Of a stretch of DNA of 64,000 nucleotides, positions 25,938-36,543 are shown in pieces. The DNA lies in contig JASVEC010000002.1 of NCBI GenBank assembly GCA_030770535.1, positions 1,736,001-1,800,000 on the forward strand, given 5' to 3'. Under the pieces are notes generated by a model that saw only the letters and a list, made by a program, of their open reading frames with translations, was not told where the DNA came from and ran no database searches. Numbering within the stretch: position 1 is the stretch's first letter; each line of letters begins with the position of its first letter. Both the position numbers and the translations under genes were made by a program. Source of the DNA: Batkoa obscura (Eukaryota).

Positions 25938-26034
25938 GGGGATGTTTTTTTGATTTCATTACTTTTACGTTTTTTAAGCGCTATTTAAGTAGAAAGATTG
26001 TTATTAAAATCCTTAAACACAAAAATACATCCCC
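25938..26034 (+). mobile_element. MITE family A copy
   Basis: Consensus match with intact GGGGATG/CATCCCC ends. Confidence 0.85.
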
Positions 26035-26203
26035 ATATAATTACTTTTTGTTTTATAAAATTTATTACTCAGTAATTAAAGCTAAAAGCAGTTTTCGCTT
26101 AGTTAACCGATTGTAAATTAAAAAGTCTTCGTTTATATAATTAAAATAGCTTTTTTACAATTATTGATAATATGGTATTTAAACCTTTTTTAAAACTTTA
26201 AAT

Positions 26204-26300
26204 GAGGGTGATTTTTGTACTTAAGAATTTTACTAAAAATCTTTCCACTCAAGTGACACTTAAAAAATGGAAAAAGTAACGAAACCAAAAAAACATCCCC
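26204..26300 (-). mobile_element. MITE family A copy
   Basis: Reverse consensus match; AAAT target duplication. Confidence 0.85.
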
Positions 26301-26560
26301 AAATAGTTAAGCTGAATTTTATAAAAAGTCAGATTATTTTATTAGTCTATAATTCTGGTGAAAACAAAAATTAGCTAAATCAGTACTATTAAAAAATGTT
26401 TAATTTAAAACATAAGTAATAGCATCTCACTTTATTTTATATTTAATTAAAAAGTACTAATAATTTTTAGTTTATAGATATAACATAATTTAGAAACCAA
26501 TCTAATAGTTAAATACTCTTCACTGTTTTAGGAGTAAAAATAAAAGACTAGACTTTGTTT

Positions 26561-26632
26561 CTCCCCATCAGGGAATCGAACCCTGGCCACCACGGTGAGA
26601 GCGTGGGATCCTAACCACTGGACCAATGAGGA
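26561..26632 (-). tRNA. tRNA-Glu(CTC)
   Basis: Reverse complement TCCTCATTGGTCCAGTGGTTAGGATC-CCACG CT CTC AC CGTGG-TGGCCAGGGTTCGATTCCCTGATGGGGAG. Confidence 0.96.
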
Positions 26633-27882
26633 TGTTTCATTAATATAATACTAAGGAAAATTTAATATATAATTAAAATGCACTTTTGAATTAAAGCCAA
26701 TTTTATAAATTACATTTTAACAATAGAAGGATAATAGGAGTTTTAATTATTAATTATTTTTACATCGTTGATTCACTGGTTTTAATATATTTGATTTTGA
26801 AGCCTTTTTAGTTTGAACGACTTTTTATAAAAGTAATCAATAGTAGCAATGGATGATCCTTTCAAGGATTTTTGAAATACCCACTTGCTGATAACATCTG
26901 TGTTTACGTTTGTTACCATATATATTAGATATTTGAAAATGGCTTTTTCCATAATAAAATGTGTTTATCATACCTTTGATATAACAAAACTATATAGCTT
27001 GAACCATATTGTCTTTCTAACAAAAAAACACTTCAAGCACTCCAAATATAGCTTTAACCGTCTACTGTTCTGCTGATGCTATGAATGTTTTTACATGAAC
27101 TTAGTGTGATTGATATTTACAAATACTCAACTAGGGACTATTATTACAATCATCCTTTTTCATTATAAAACTTGTAACATAAATCATTGGTTAATAAAGT
27201 AGAAGTGCTGGTGAAATTGTATTTAATTAAACTAGGTATACTCCTATTTAAAAATTCCTTTTAATATTAACAAAAATCCCTGTCAATAATACAAATATCT
27301 CGGCTAACATACTTTTATGCATTGAATGGTACTAATAGCTATTAAATTGATCTTATTATATTTTTAATCAAGTGCATATAAAACAGTCATGAAAATCACA
27401 AGATTTAATGTAACACTGATGACTGGACTCATATGTCCAGCTTTTGTATCTTTTTATATCTTTTTATATATCATATTTATACTTACTATAAATAAAAGAT
27501 TCAATTAATAATCCCTATTTATATTTTACTTAATAATTAACAATCCCTATTTATATTCCATTCTTTTAATAGTTCCCAAAATTAGCTTAAATTTTATTAC
27601 TGTAATTTAACAACACCTATTTACTATTTAATAGATAAGAAACTATTTTGGTTTTATAAACAAATAAAATTTGATGTAATTAATAGGATACTTTTAATAT
27701 TGGTAATGACAAGCCTTAGTTTAAGGGAAAAAGGTAAAGATTAATAGGATCAAAAAGCACTCAAATACCGCCCTTAAAATCTATAAAGAGTATATTCCCT
27801 AACCATTGTTACTTAAATTAATTTAATATTGTACTAATAAGTTATATAACTAAGAAAATTTTTAACATGAGATTTATTAAAA

Positions 27883-28038
27883 ATGAAAATGAACATCTAC
27901 TTCTTGACTATCCTTCTTGCTTATATCAATGTATCTCTTGCTTTACCTCAAGATTTCAGCCAATATTCCGATTCTGGTAATGAAGATTCTTCATCTGGAG
28001 GACTAAATCTACCAAGATATCGCATTGCTTTTAAATGA
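27883..28038 (+). CDS. Small secreted peptide precursor A (51 aa; below the ORF-track cutoff)
   Basis: MKMNIYFLTILLAYINVSLALPQDFSQYSDSGNEDSSSGGLNLPRYRIAFK. Signal-peptide-like N-terminus; clear paralog of 40012..40152, with a conserved upstream region. Confidence 0.75.
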   Translation: MKMNIYFLTILLAYINVSLALPQDFSQYSDSGNEDSSSGGLNLPRYRIAFK

Positions 28039-28526
28039 AAATACACAATTTACATTTATAGTTTACAATATTCATACTTATGAATATACTTTACCTATAG
28101 CTTAATCTTATTATTAAATAATATACCCCATTCAAACTTTTTAATGTATTTAATTTGATAATTACAATTTATCAAAATTATATTTTTTTAGTTAAATAAC
28201 CCAAAACTAATTTATATGTTATGATTATTTTTTTAATTCTTTCATTTATGTCATTTTAGTCTTTAAATACTTATGTTTTAGATCGGATGATGTATAATTC
28301 CCCTTTTTGGTTTTTAAGATTGAATTAAAAATACTCTTAGCTATAAAGTGATCTTATTGAAATGAAATATTATATCTTTAAATCATATCAGTTTAAATCC
28401 TAATTTGGCTATTATTTTTTAAAGTAATATTATACTTGTAAATTAATACAATAGATAGAGATAGGACTATAACTGTGTTTAAGTAAATTGTAGATTATAG
28501 AAATTTAATTTTGTATTATTTTATGA

Positions 28527-28714
28527 GAGTTCGGCTTCACCCTGCGGTAGTGCAATACAAGGGAAACCTGTGGAGAGGCATTGAGCAAGCCCAATGCTTT
28601 CTCCGAAAACCAAAGATTGAGTTAATAACATTTAAGTCCGTAGACTTAATTTCAGTTATTAAACTGAAAAGAACAGATACTACACTTGATCTTAGCCAAA
28701 AGGCTTGAGAGGAT
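28527..28714 (-). ncRNA. U2: U2 spliceosomal snRNA, copy 1
   Basis: Reverse complement contains GCCTTTTGGCTAAGATCAAGTGTAGTATCTGTTCTT (stem I and branch-site recognition GTAGTA), stems IIa/IIb, and the stem-loop IV loop TATTGCACTA. The 3' end is approximate. Confidence 0.97.
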
Positions 28715-28882
28715 TGTAAAGATCAATCAATGAGGGTGGTTACCTTTTTATACAGTGAGAGAGATTGTGTCAACGTTTTAGTTGTGGGATTGTTTAGTTT
28801 TTATTCATTTCAAACCTGCTTGATTTGCTGATTAATTTTTCAAAATGTACCAATAATTTTGAGTAGTTAGAAATCATTAAAT

Positions 28883-28977
28883 GGGAGTTTTTTTTGACTT
28901 CATTTTTTTACATTTTTTAAGCGCTATTTAAGTGGAAAATTTGCTAATAAAATCCTTAAACACAAAAATACATTCCC
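28883..28977 (+). mobile_element. MITE family A copy
   Basis: Consensus match; AAAT target duplication. Confidence 0.85.
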
Positions 28978-30518
28978 AAATACTCGAAAAAGCAAAAATA
29001 AATAAAATTCGAATAAAAGTTAATGCTTTTATATATTAATATAAACATACGTTTTAATGAAGAGAGTTGAAAATTTATGTTATAATTTAGTTTTATAGTT
29101 AAAGTTTTTTAAAAGTGGAAAATTCTTCTCAACTAAAAGCTCGGTCATAAAACTGTAATATGAGGATCCTATAAAGGCTAATCGCCTTGTTTACTCAATC
29201 TTTATGATCTTTAAACATCGTGTTATTTATTTAGTATAAATATTTCACTTTGTGAATAAATGGAAGTTAATAGTATAAAAATCTATAAATATAATTTTGC
29301 TCAAAACTTTAAAAATATGTATAAATATTATATAACCAAAAGAGGATGTTTCAATGATTTACAAAGCCCTATGAAAACAAGCTGTCATAGACCCAGCAGA
29401 AATAAAAATCTAACATAAAATTCCCAAAATTCCTACTTATATACAAGATTTAGCCTTAAAGTAATAAATTCTAATAGTCAATTATAGTATATTAAAGACT
29501 CAATAAAAAGATTTGAGCGGTACACTTTATTAATATCTAAAGATAATTTATTTAGCTTTATAAATATTTAGATCTATAATAAATTTTATTTCTATTGATT
29601 ACAAATTTCAATTTTTCTTTAGTTAATGTCCTATTAAAATTGTATATCTCTATAACATAATCATTAGTTTTCTATGAAGATTATATAAAGGTTGATCGAT
29701 TATTATTTTTATAATGCTTAAATTAAAGAATAGATAGGCATTAACATTCAAGGTCAAATAAAATATGGGTTGAATAAAGAGCACAAATTTCAATTCTTTT
29801 CTATTTTAATAAACAATTGTTATGTTAATTTTAGTCTCGTAATAGACATTAAATACTGGCCTTAGGCGTAAGTGATGTTATAAAATAGTGATTGATCTTT
29901 CTAGAGGATAATTGTTATCATTTTAAATGAGACCAAAATGCAGTTGGTATCCATAATACGCGATATGTATATAAAAAGAGTATAAACATATATGGTTTAA
30001 TATACAAGATAAAGCTAATGCGTGTTTGGATATAATATATGAAGCATTTAACAATTACAATATTCAAGTATGAACTTCAAAGCGGTATTGACTATTTTTA
30101 TGTTTTTATTTAATATATTAAAAGAGCGCTCAATTCACTGCATAAATATATGTTATAGTAATATTATATGATAGTAATAGTATATTCTATACGATGTTTA
30201 TACTATAGACTAGAATAGACCTCTTATGATAATATAATGGTAATAAGTTTTTTGTGGAGATTAACAATAATACTTTATACTATAAATGTTTTGTTTATAA
30301 TAAGTGAAGCTTATTGTGAATTGACCTATATGTGTTTATTAGTATATTACTACTTTTTAACAAATTTAAATGTAGTAGCAATTTACATTGACCCCAAAGC
30401 AGTTCAGAAAAGGAAAAGAAGTATTGATTGTTTTGTAAACATATTGATACATATTGAGATTATCTCTATATTCTTGGATATAAAAACTAGAATTTAAATT
30501 AGGATGATTAGAATATAT

Positions 30519-30623
30519 AGGGATGTATTCTTTTGTTTAAGAATTTTACTAACAATCTTTCCACTCAAATAGCCAAATAGCGCTTAAAAAACGGAAAAAG
30601 TAATGAAATAAAAAAACATCCCC
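30519..30623 (-). mobile_element. MITE family A copy with internal 8-bp duplication (CAAATAGC x2)
   Basis: Reverse consensus match; ATAT target duplication. Confidence 0.85.
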
Positions 30624-30627
30624 ATAT

Positions 30628-31131
30628 AATGTTTGAATCGAAGAGCGAAGGTTTATAATCTTGGTTAGAAAAAGTATTTAGGTTTAGTGAAAATTCATGA
30701 GGGATGTTGCTTTTTAGAATACGAGTTTCAATATTGTTATTTTTTAAGAATTTAGCAATAAAGGACCCATTGATATTGGCTTTAAAGCCAATACTATTTG
30801 CTAAATCTTGAGCATATACAACTACTTCTTTAATATTCGTTTCATTTTTAATAAGACAATGTTCAAATAATTGGTTATAGAAGCATTCCTTTCTTTAACT
30901 ATTCTTTTAATTTATGAATAAGCCCATCAATGTTTTCTTGAAACTCAGCGATAATATAGTAATAGTACTCCTTTCAACATTTAATTTATCTGGAATTTCT
31001 TGATGGGTTATACCTTTTGAAATTAGAATTCTTACTAAATTTCTTTCACTTTCGTTTAATACTTTCCATCTCTTTCTAACATTAATTAGATAAAAGGCAT
31101 TAGTCAGCACCGTGTAGTTTCCTTTGTTCAT
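30628..31131 (-). pseudogene. Degenerate CENP-B/pogo-type double helix-turn-helix remnant
   Basis: RKRWKVLNESERNLVRILISKGITHQEIPDKLNVERSTIT (HTH), two in-frame stops, then FYNQLFEHCL..NIKEVVVYAQDLANSIGFKANINGSFIAKFLKNNNI, resembling the second HTH of CENP-B/Tigger. No catalytic domain seen. Confidence 0.55.
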
Positions 31132-31139
31132 ATTTATAT

Positions 31140-31232
31140 AGGGTGTTTTTTTTTGGTTTTATCACTTTATTTTTAAATGCTATTTAAGCAGAAAATTGTT
31201 ATTAAAATTCCTGAATAAAAAAATATGTTTCT
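31140..31232 (+). mobile_element. MITE family A copy, degenerate
   Basis: Diverged consensus match; ATAT flanks. Confidence 0.65.
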
Positions 31233-31295
31233 ATATTTAAAGGTTAAAATTCGATTTTTTTAAAGGCATATTTGTGTTCTAAATTATTTATATAT

Positions 31296-31394
31296 GGGGA
31301 TGTATTTTTGTGTTTAAGAATTTTACTAACAATTTTTCCACTCAAATAGCGCTTAAAAGATAGAAAAAGTAATAAAGTCAAAAAAAACACTCCC
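31296..31394 (-). mobile_element. MITE family A copy
   Basis: Reverse consensus match; ATAT target duplication. Confidence 0.85.
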
Positions 31395-31694
31395 ATATAT
31401 TAAACTATTTGTGGAAATACACTCTTATAAGAACAATATTCTTTCCAAACATTCCAATATTTTTTTATATTCTTTAAGTTTGTATTGAATTGGATACTAT
31501 TTATAAAAACCATGAGAATAGACTTTATCTTTACTTTTATTTACATTAATTGTAAAAGTGGCTTTATAATATCACATTAAATAACTTTCTGTTTCAGAAA
31601 AGTTTTAAAGCATAGTTGAAATACATGCTATTTACATTTTATTTTATATAGTAACTTTATTTCTCAATAGTATTTTTCGTATAGCATAGCATAT

Positions 31695-31791
31695 GGGGCT
31701 GTTTTTTTTAGTTTCATCATTTTTCCGTTTTTTAAGCGCTATTTAAGTAGAAAGATTTTTGGTAAAATTCTCAAACAAAAAACATAGCCCT
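31695..31791 (+). mobile_element. MITE family A copy
   Basis: Consensus match; ATAT target duplication. Confidence 0.85.
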
Positions 31792-34086
31792 ATATTTTTT
31801 TAGCCTTTTATGTTTAAGGTGATTCGAAAGTTCATCAAAAATATATCACTACTTTAGATACAATAAGTATTGATCATAGTTACCATATAATGAGTGCAGA
31901 TAACAGTTGTAACACTTTTAAAGGCTCTAATAAATGTTTTATTTATCATAAGTAGCCTAAAACAAAATCAAGATAAATCATCTTATAAGATTCATTTTAA
32001 AATGTTATAGGAACAAAACATGACTTCATGTCGCTAGATACCATAACAAACCTTTTGGAATTGAAGCTAGCTTATTGAAACTGAAGGTAATAATGTTTAG
32101 ATAGACCCTAACAGTATTTTCAAAACAATCGTATATTTTATGTAATACCACTTTGTTAAAATAATAGGGGTATAATGGAATAAAATCCATATATGATTTT
32201 TATTACTATAACACGGGGGGACGCTACCCACTATCGCTCATTTATCAATAAATTTATTTGTAGATGAAATTTACCAATATTGTAATAGTAGCACTTATTT
32301 TATCAGGTGAGTTCACTTTCTGCTTTAACTACATATTTAAAATCTCATCTAATAAGCGCTAGATCCCACTTGGTTGTATTTTTTAAAATATGTTATCATT
32401 TTTTAGAAAGGTAATATTTATCTCATCTAAAATAATTCAATGCGCTTTTTTAATTTTAGGTAATATCAGCTTAACTATTTAATAAATCTAGATACTGTAT
32501 AGAATTGAGTTGATAATTTATTAGTAGTTATATAAGTAAAGTCTTCATCAATATCTTAATGTAGAGTATAAAAATGGGTTGTTAGTTTATAAAAAAGTCA
32601 TTCTTTTGCTTAGTAATTGTATTTAAGTACTTACAAACTAAGAGTAGGATAATAAAAAAGAATGTCTACTCATTTGTTTGTTATAGTTTTTTTTTTTCAC
32701 AAATTGATATACGTTCAAGGTTAGATATTTAAAAGATTTATGATAAAAAGAATGCTATAGCATTCGTATGTGGTAATTTAAAAAAAAGAAAAAACATATA
32801 TATATGGTTGAGATAAGCATTTATTGTTCGACTACAGGTGCCAAGTCTTGGATGAATTAAATGGTTTATAAATACTTCACCTTATGATAACCAATTTGTA
32901 AGAGACAAACAACGATTGCCGAAAGGGTAAATGTTAATATAAAGATTAAAAGATAATGTGATGTGCCGAAAGGGAGTTAAGCTCTTTCCTTACCCTTGAG
33001 ATGAATTTAGTTTATTTTTAAACACATATTTCCGTGCTTGCAATTTCAAAAAAAATTATATAATACACATTATAATACAATATTGTAATGTAAATAAACG
33101 TTTTTTGTCAAACATCATTTCAGCATCGACATCAACTTCATAATAAAAGTATTTTTGTCCAAAACAATTTATAGTGCAGAGTATAGGATAGTATAAATTT
33201 AAATCGAAAGTTAAAAAGTGTAGGAATCACTTTTTGCTTGATTTTTATCTAATTTTTATGTAGCGTAAAATAAAAAAGACTTAGCTAGATACAGAAACAA
33301 AGGGCGTCCATAGATATAACTTATTTTGAAATTAAAGAAAAGGCCTTTTGAGCCTTTAAACTTTGAAAAGATTGCAACCAACTTTATGATATTTATACCT
33401 GAATAATTTTCGCAAAAAATCAAACCTGATAAAAAAATTAAATCTTAGCTTCAAATTAGTCTACAATGTTTATTTGTTGATTTTATTTAATAGAACTCTT
33501 ACATCATTTAATATCTCTGGATAATATCCCCCAGATTCAAATAGCATAATGGAGTGTTGATAAACAATGGTCTCCCCCTTTTTTATAAAGCTGATGATAA
33601 TAAAATAAGTCGAGTTTTTGGCTCAAAATATACGTCACCTTTTGTTTTTGAAGTTTTGGATTGTTTACACAAATCAAATTTATTCTAATAATCCAAATAT
33701 AGATGTACAAATACATCTCTGGTTTAACTTTACCATGCCCTTCCAATGGGAAATAGTTTAACTAGCAATAGTATTTGTAATTTTAAAATAAAGTTTGACT
33801 TTAAAAAAGAAATCGTTGTGAATAAAATAACTACTGATAGGTATTTCTGTGTTTAACTATTTTAACCGTTTACTATGCAATGTAAGATTAAATGAACCAT
33901 TAGTTAGATACTGAAACAAAGACACCCCCATAGAGATTTTCAATCTATGCCTTAAAATTAAAAAGTATAAATAAAAGTGTTTTGATAAAAAATTTGAAAA
34001 TATAAAACCAAATGATTACTTTTATATTAATATTTAATTATACTATAGTTACTTTAACATTTTATTGGATTTACAATGTAGTATAT

Positions 34087-36100
34087 GGGGCTGTCCTAAT
34101 TGGTTTCAGAATCTACTTAGAAATTAATCCAAATTTAAAATTCCAAGTTTGTGTTCAATATAACGGTTAAATCTAAAAAGCCTAAAATTAAATGTCTCTA
34201 TTTAAAACTTATTTTAATTGTTTCCTTTTCTTAAATAGCTAATTTTCCTAACTATATATTTTATGTTAGTTCTGTTAGATATTTAACAGATATATAATAT
34301 ATAACTATATGATTATATAATTATATAAATACATAATTATATAAACACAGTTATTTGACTTTATTTGACTTTATTTTTTGTTGAAATAAAAATAAAATGC
34401 AAACTTTCATAACTAAACTTCGAAATGGAATTTTTGAAAACTTCAATACAATAGGGAGGAGTACACAATATAAACATTGTAATTCATTTACATCAATTTT
34501 AAAAGCTACTTATAACAACCCAAGGTTCATGGAATTTTATAATAAAACAAAACAAAGAAAAGATATATTATCAAAGTTTACTATCGATAATAATAAACTT
34601 AATCAAGTAATGTATAAAATTAGTGCTTTAAGGGAAACAGGAAACAAAAGTCAGCAAGTAGCGTTATTATCAACTATAGCTTCAGTATATTCTTTTGATG
34701 AATGTAAGAGTTTTGGGTTTAATATAAATAGAAATCAATATGATTATTCAAAAACAAGTAATAATAATAAAATATCAACATTAAAACCTATTATTAAAAA
34801 TACAAAAAAAATTAAAGATGACCAAATTGAAACTATCATACAATATTTACTAAATGATTCAACTATTTCATCAAGATTTAATAAAAAAAATAACGATAGT
34901 AAATATTCATCAGATAATATATATATATTAAATAAAAGTAGAAGAATGATATATAGTAAATATTTGAATGATCTAAGAGATAAAGCAGTAGCTAGGTCAA
35001 CGTTCTTTAAATATATACCAAGTAATTTCAAAAATCCAGCAAGAAAAACGGATCTATGTAATATATGTACCCAGTATACAGTTAGGAAAAAGTTATTTGA
35101 AAATAAAATAAATACAGCAAAAAACAAAACAGAGATAGAAGAAATTTTCAACGAAGAAGAAAAGTTATACAAATTACATAAATTCTGTGTTGATACTCAA
35201 AAAAACACATTTAATGAAACTATCAAAAAATTAAATAACAAAAGTTGTATAATAGTTTTAGATTTTAAACAAAATATGGAAATAGGGACAAGACCAGATT
35301 CAATAAATCTAGATCATTATAATAAACAAGCTATATCAGTATTAGGCTTTGGTGTATTATATTTAAAAGATGATAAAACAATAGGCAAAGTTTACTTTGA
35401 TTATTTATCTGAAATATTGAATCATGATTCAGCATATGCAGGAGATTGTTTAATCGATTTAATCTCTACAGAGCTTCTATTTAAAAAGTTTACAAAAATT
35501 AATATATGGGCAGATACAGGAAATCATTTTAGATCCCAAGAGTTCTTACATTATATGTTTAAAGAAATTCATAAAATAAATAGTAGTTTGAATGTTAATC
35601 TTAATTTTTTTGCTGAGCATCATGGAAAAAGTATAGTTGATGGACATTTTGGAAACCTTTCAAAATGGAAAAGTAGTTTTGAAGCGTTAGGTAAAATAGA
35701 AGATATCGATCAATTAATTTCAAGATTTGAGGCTTTTATTTGTGAGCATAATAAAATTAATAACTCGACTGTTAATAATGGGAAAACAGATATAATTTTT
35801 AAAAAGTATAAAAGAAACAAAAATACAAAAAGAATAATAGAGATGCAGGGCATTAAGAAGTATTTACACTTTATTAAACATAACAATAAACTACATTGTT
35901 ATCCAGTATCTGATACATCAAAAAAAAGCGATATAGTCCCAATTAAAGTTATAGAGTCTATAGAAAACAGAAAAATTAAAAGATCGATCCCAGCTTACCT
36001 TACGAAGATAACAGAGAATTTAAAAATTTCGATATTTACTAAGCAAGTAAGTAGTTTGTTGAATGATAGAAATAGATTGTTAAATGTTAGGATTACTTAA
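34087..36100 (+). mobile_element. Sola-type DNA transposon (left end plus transposase; right end not identified)
   Basis: ATAT|GGGGCTGTCCTAATTGGTTTCAG at 34087 resembles the MITE-A left end (ATAT|GGGG[AC]TGT..TTGGTTTCA) and lies 310 bp upstream of the transposase ATG. Confidence 0.6.
34397..36100 (+). CDS. Intact DDD transposase, Sola superfamily (most like Sola2)
   Basis: 567 aa with no introns. Motifs RSTFFKYIP, TDLCNIC..H (Zn-binding-like), IIVLDFKQN, INIWADTGNHFRS and FFAEHHGKSIVDGHFG parallel the Sola2 pattern DF.EN / SDG..QYK / FF...HGK...DG. Composition is strongly A-rich compared with host genes. Confidence 0.75.
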   Translation: MQTFITKLRNGIFENFNTIGRSTQYKHCNSFTSILKATYNNPRFMEFYNKTKQRKDILSKFTIDNNKLNQVMYKISALRETGNKSQQVALLSTIASVYSFDECKSFGFNINRNQYDYSKTSNNNKISTLKPIIKNTKKIKDDQIETIIQYLLNDSTISSRFNKKNNDSKYSSDNIYILNKSRRMIYSKYLNDLRDKAVARSTFFKYIPSNFKNPARKTDLCNICTQYTVRKKLFENKINTAKNKTEIEEIFNEEEKLYKLHKFCVDTQKNTFNETIKKLNNKSCIIVLDFKQNMEIGTRPDSINLDHYNKQAISVLGFGVLYLKDDKTIGKVYFDYLSEILNHDSAYAGDCLIDLISTELLFKKFTKINIWADTGNHFRSQEFLHYMFKEIHKINSSLNVNLNFFAEHHGKSIVDGHFGNLSKWKSSFEALGKIEDIDQLISRFEAFICEHNKINNSTVNNGKTDIIFKKYKRNKNTKRIIEMQGIKKYLHFIKHNNKLHCYPVSDTSKKSDIVPIKVIESIENRKIKRSIPAYLTKITENLKISIFTKQVSSLLNDRNRLLNVRIT

Positions 36101-36543
36101 GTTATTAATAGCTAAGTTAATAAATAGTCAAAGAACAAGTAACTGTAATAATATGTAAAAACTATTATTACTTGTACTATATAGGGATGGTCAATTATAG
36201 TTTTGGGGCTGACCACTCCCTCCCATGCAGCTATTTATTAACTTGGCAATATATTAATAATGTAATTATAACATTAAAGTAGTTTATTTATTTGATAATA
36301 AATCTACAATGTTGGTTATAAAGCAGTTGATAATAAATATTTCTCAATTAAGCTTTATAAGAACATGTATTTAAGATCTAGTAGAAATTCAACTAACTTA
36401 CAGTATGAGCTATAATATAATGGTTTAGAACTGTGTTTGGGTACTTTTGTTTTAATAAAAGATGTGATTTTATAGAATTTTAAGCGAAGTTTTTAAAATA
36501 CAAATTTTTTTAAAATTGGATAAAATAATGAAACTAATTCAGA

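Noticed and set aside
28511..28708. 65-aa ORF duplicated at 39222..39419 (..RVRLHPAVVQYKGNLW..)
   Set aside because: It is the antisense reading of the U2 snRNA genes, starts at TTG, and its conservation is explained by the RNA.
33537..33760. YFPLEGHGK on the minus strand as a second Sola transposase fragment
   Set aside because: Only the HGK tripeptide matches. The following DG and the upstream catalytic motifs are absent.
34744..35172. 142-aa hydrophobic antisense ORF inside the transposase
   Set aside because: Expected from the reverse complement of an A-rich, Lys/Asn-rich coding strand; no independent support.
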